Of a stretch of 64,000 nt of DNA, positions 62,059 to 64,000 are shown piece by piece. The position numbers and the translations under genes are program-made. Source of the stretch: Polyangiales bacterium (GTDB lineage Bacteria; Myxococcota_A; Polyangia; Polyangiales; Polyangiaceae); NCBI GenBank assembly GCA_038230375.1, contig JBBRNJ010000001.1:232929-296928 (forward strand), written 5' to 3'. Every line of letters starts with the position of its first letter. The first letter of the stretch is position 1. The notes beneath the pieces are model-generated. The model was not told the origin of the DNA. It worked only from the letters and a program-made list of their open reading frames with translations, and searched no databases.

Positions 62059-63447
62059 GTGAACGCGCGACGTCCGATTGCCTGGTCGCTATTCATTCTG
62101 GTGTCGATCATGCTGCTGCCCGCGCTCGCGTGGGCGGACGGCTCGAACACTGGCGCCTTCACCGAGAGCGCCTCGAAGGGCCTGGCCTTCGCGCTCGGCG
62201 CGTCGTTCATCGCAGGAGTCGGCGCCAGCCTCACGCCGTGCGTCTTTCCGATGGTGCCCATCACGGTGTCCATCTTCGGCGCAACAGAAGCGCAGTCGCG
62301 CGCGCGCGGCGCGGCCCTTTCCGGAACGTTCGTCCTGGGCATCGCGATCCCATTCACGATCCTCGGCGTGGTGTCGGCGCAGTCTGGCAAGCTCATGGGC
62401 GGTGCGCTCGCAAACCCCATCGTCGTGACGGTGATCGCAGCCATCTTCATCGCGCTCGCATCGTCGATGTTCGGCGCCTTCGAGATGACGCTTCCCTCCA
62501 GCATCACCAACAAGGCATCCACGGTCGGCGGCGTTGGCTTCAAGGGCGCGTTCATCCTGGGCGCGGTGATGAGCGTCATTGCGGCGCCGTGCACCGGCCC
62601 GTTCCTCACCGGCATGATCCTCTGGATCTCCTCCACGCAGAACCTGGTCCTCGGCGGCGTTGCGATGTTCTCGTTCGCGCTCGGCCTTGGCCTTCCGTTC
62701 TTCATCGCGGGCACCTTCGCGGTCAACCTGCCAAAGGGCGGCGCATGGATGCTCGGTATCAAGTGGGGCAGCGGCGTGCTCCTCGCGTACATGGCGCTCT
62801 CGTATCTGCGTGACGGTTATCCGAACTACATCGGCAAGCTCGTCTCCAAGAACACCACCTACGGCATCATCGGCGGCGTCATCTTCGCGGTGGGTCTTGG
62901 TCTGGGCATCGTACACGTCATGGCAGAGCGGCGACGCTCACCCATCGCGCACCTCTCCAAGCGCATGAAGCTGATGTCCATCGTTCCAGCCATCGTCGGC
63001 GCGTTCATGTTCGTGAACTTCGCGCAGAAGATGATTGCGGGCGCGGGCGTGGTCACGGATGCAGCAGCAGCAGAGGCAGACAAGACGCTGCCCATCCCGA
63101 AGGTGATCGCCTGGGAGACGAACGAAGAGACCGCACGCGCGAAGGCGATCGCGGAGAAGAAGCCCGTCCTCATCGACTTCGGCGCCAGCTGGTGCAAGGC
63201 CTGTCAGGAGCTCGAGGAGATGACCTGGCCGGACGCCCGCGTGCGCCAGCAGACGTCGCGCTTCGTATCCGTGAAGGTCGACATGTCCGACGACGACTCC
63301 GACGACACGAAGCGCCTGCAGGCGAAGTACAACGTGAAGGGTCTGCCCGTGGTGATCATGCTCGACAGCACGGGCAAGGAGATCACGCGCTACACGGAGT
63401 TCGTTCCCGCCGACACGATGATGGACGCAATCAAGAAAGTGAACTGA
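62059..63447 (+). CDS. dsbD: DsbD-family thiol:disulfide interchange protein (transmembrane domain plus thioredoxin, no N-terminal Ig domain)
   Basis: LTPCVFPMVP, APCTGP, WCKAC, GLP; AAGGAGG upstream of GTG 62059. Confidence 0.85.
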   Translation: MNARRPIAWSLFILVSIMLLPALAWADGSNTGAFTESASKGLAFALGASFIAGVGASLTPCVFPMVPITVSIFGATEAQSRARGAALSGTFVLGIAIPFTILGVVSAQSGKLMGGALANPIVVTVIAAIFIALASSMFGAFEMTLPSSITNKASTVGGVGFKGAFILGAVMSVIAAPCTGPFLTGMILWISSTQNLVLGGVAMFSFALGLGLPFFIAGTFAVNLPKGGAWMLGIKWGSGVLLAYMALSYLRDGYPNYIGKLVSKNTTYGIIGGVIFAVGLGLGIVHVMAERRRSPIAHLSKRMKLMSIVPAIVGAFMFVNFAQKMIAGAGVVTDAAAAEADKTLPIPKVIAWETNEETARAKAIAEKKPVLIDFGASWCKACQELEEMTWPDARVRQQTSRFVSVKVDMSDDDSDDTKRLQAKYNVKGLPVVIMLDSTGKEITRYTEFVPADTMMDAIKKVN

Positions 63448-63481
63448 GGCCCAGCGAGCGTTGCGCGCCGAGCGTTGACGC

Positions 63482-63871
63482 TCACTCCACCGTGACGGTG
63501 CTGGTGTAGATCGCGCCCTCGGCGCCCTTGGCGTCGACCAGGGAGAGCGTGTACGCGTGCGCGCCCTTGGGCGTGTTCGCGGGGAACGTGATGGCCACCA
63601 CCACTGCATTCGCGTTGGCAGTCGAGCCCTGCGCGGGGGACGTGAGGTCCTGCCCGAGGTCCTTCATCGTGAAGTGAACGTCCGCGACGGCGTCCTTCTC
63701 CGGATCGTGGAAGTTGACCGTCATGGTCCACTGCGTGCCAGCCTTCGCCGTTGCGGCCGCTTGCACAGTGTCGATCACGGGACCCTGATTCGCGGCGGCA
63801 CCGGAGCTGGAGCTCGAGCAACCTGCAAGAAGTGCCAGGAACGCGGCGGAGGCTGAGAGGGCTCGCTTCAT
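63482..63871 (-). CDS. Lipoprotein with an Ig-like beta-sandwich
   Basis: LLAGC lipobox; NQGPVI...DPEKD...YTLSLVDAKG. Confidence 0.75.
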   Translation of the reverse strand: MKRALSASAAFLALLAGCSSSSSGAAANQGPVIDTVQAAATAKAGTQWTMTVNFHDPEKDAVADVHFTMKDLGQDLTSPAQGSTANANAVVVAITFPANTPKGAHAYTLSLVDAKGAEGAIYTSTVTVE

Positions 63872-63926
63872 GCGGCGGAGATTCGCATGAAAGGTGGTGC
63901 GCGTGGGGCCTTTCTTCCCGACCCGT

Positions 63927-64000
63927 CTACGGATTGAACACGTCGTCCCCCCCCGGCGGCGGCTTCTTCTCCGCAGGCTTCTCCGCGGGCTTCTCTGCAG
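63927..64000 (-). CDS. 3' end of a gene starting outside the window (AEKP repeats)
   Basis: Manual translation ...AEKPAEKPAEKKPPPGGDDVFNP* with TAG at 63927-63929. Confidence 0.5.
   Translation of the reverse strand, partial: AEKPAEKPAEKKPPPGGDDVFNP

Overview
High-GC, gene-dense bacterial chromosomal segment whose content (tandem PilT ATPases, a ~4,040-aa TPR protein, many Cys-rich lipoproteins) suggests a myxobacterium (inference). No rRNA, tRNA, CRISPR array or IS/transposase was recognised. Left to right: two PilT/PilU-family ATPases directly downstream of a three-gene module (J-domain/kinase-like fusion, vWA protein, divergent adenylosuccinate-synthetase paralogue); frmA plus an amidohydrolase; a divergent sulfate-assimilation locus (cysD-cysN-porin with an in-frame TGA / PQ-loop protein-cysH-siroheme genes-sulfite reductase); lipoproteins, a small alarmone synthetase and a response regulator; a cytochrome c lipoprotein and an RRM protein; three GT-C-type membrane glycosyltransferases; an atypical Hsp70, a helical protein and a giant TPR protein; gltBD with two coupled exported proteins; three paralogous lipoproteins; a DsbD-like protein. 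The best candidate for an uncharacterised system is the J-kinase/vWA/AdSS-like module: its AdSS keeps the phosphoryl-transfer motifs but has replaced the aspartate-binding loop, and its kinase lacks the catalytic HRD aspartate. All calls come from motif recognition by eye; no searches were run.
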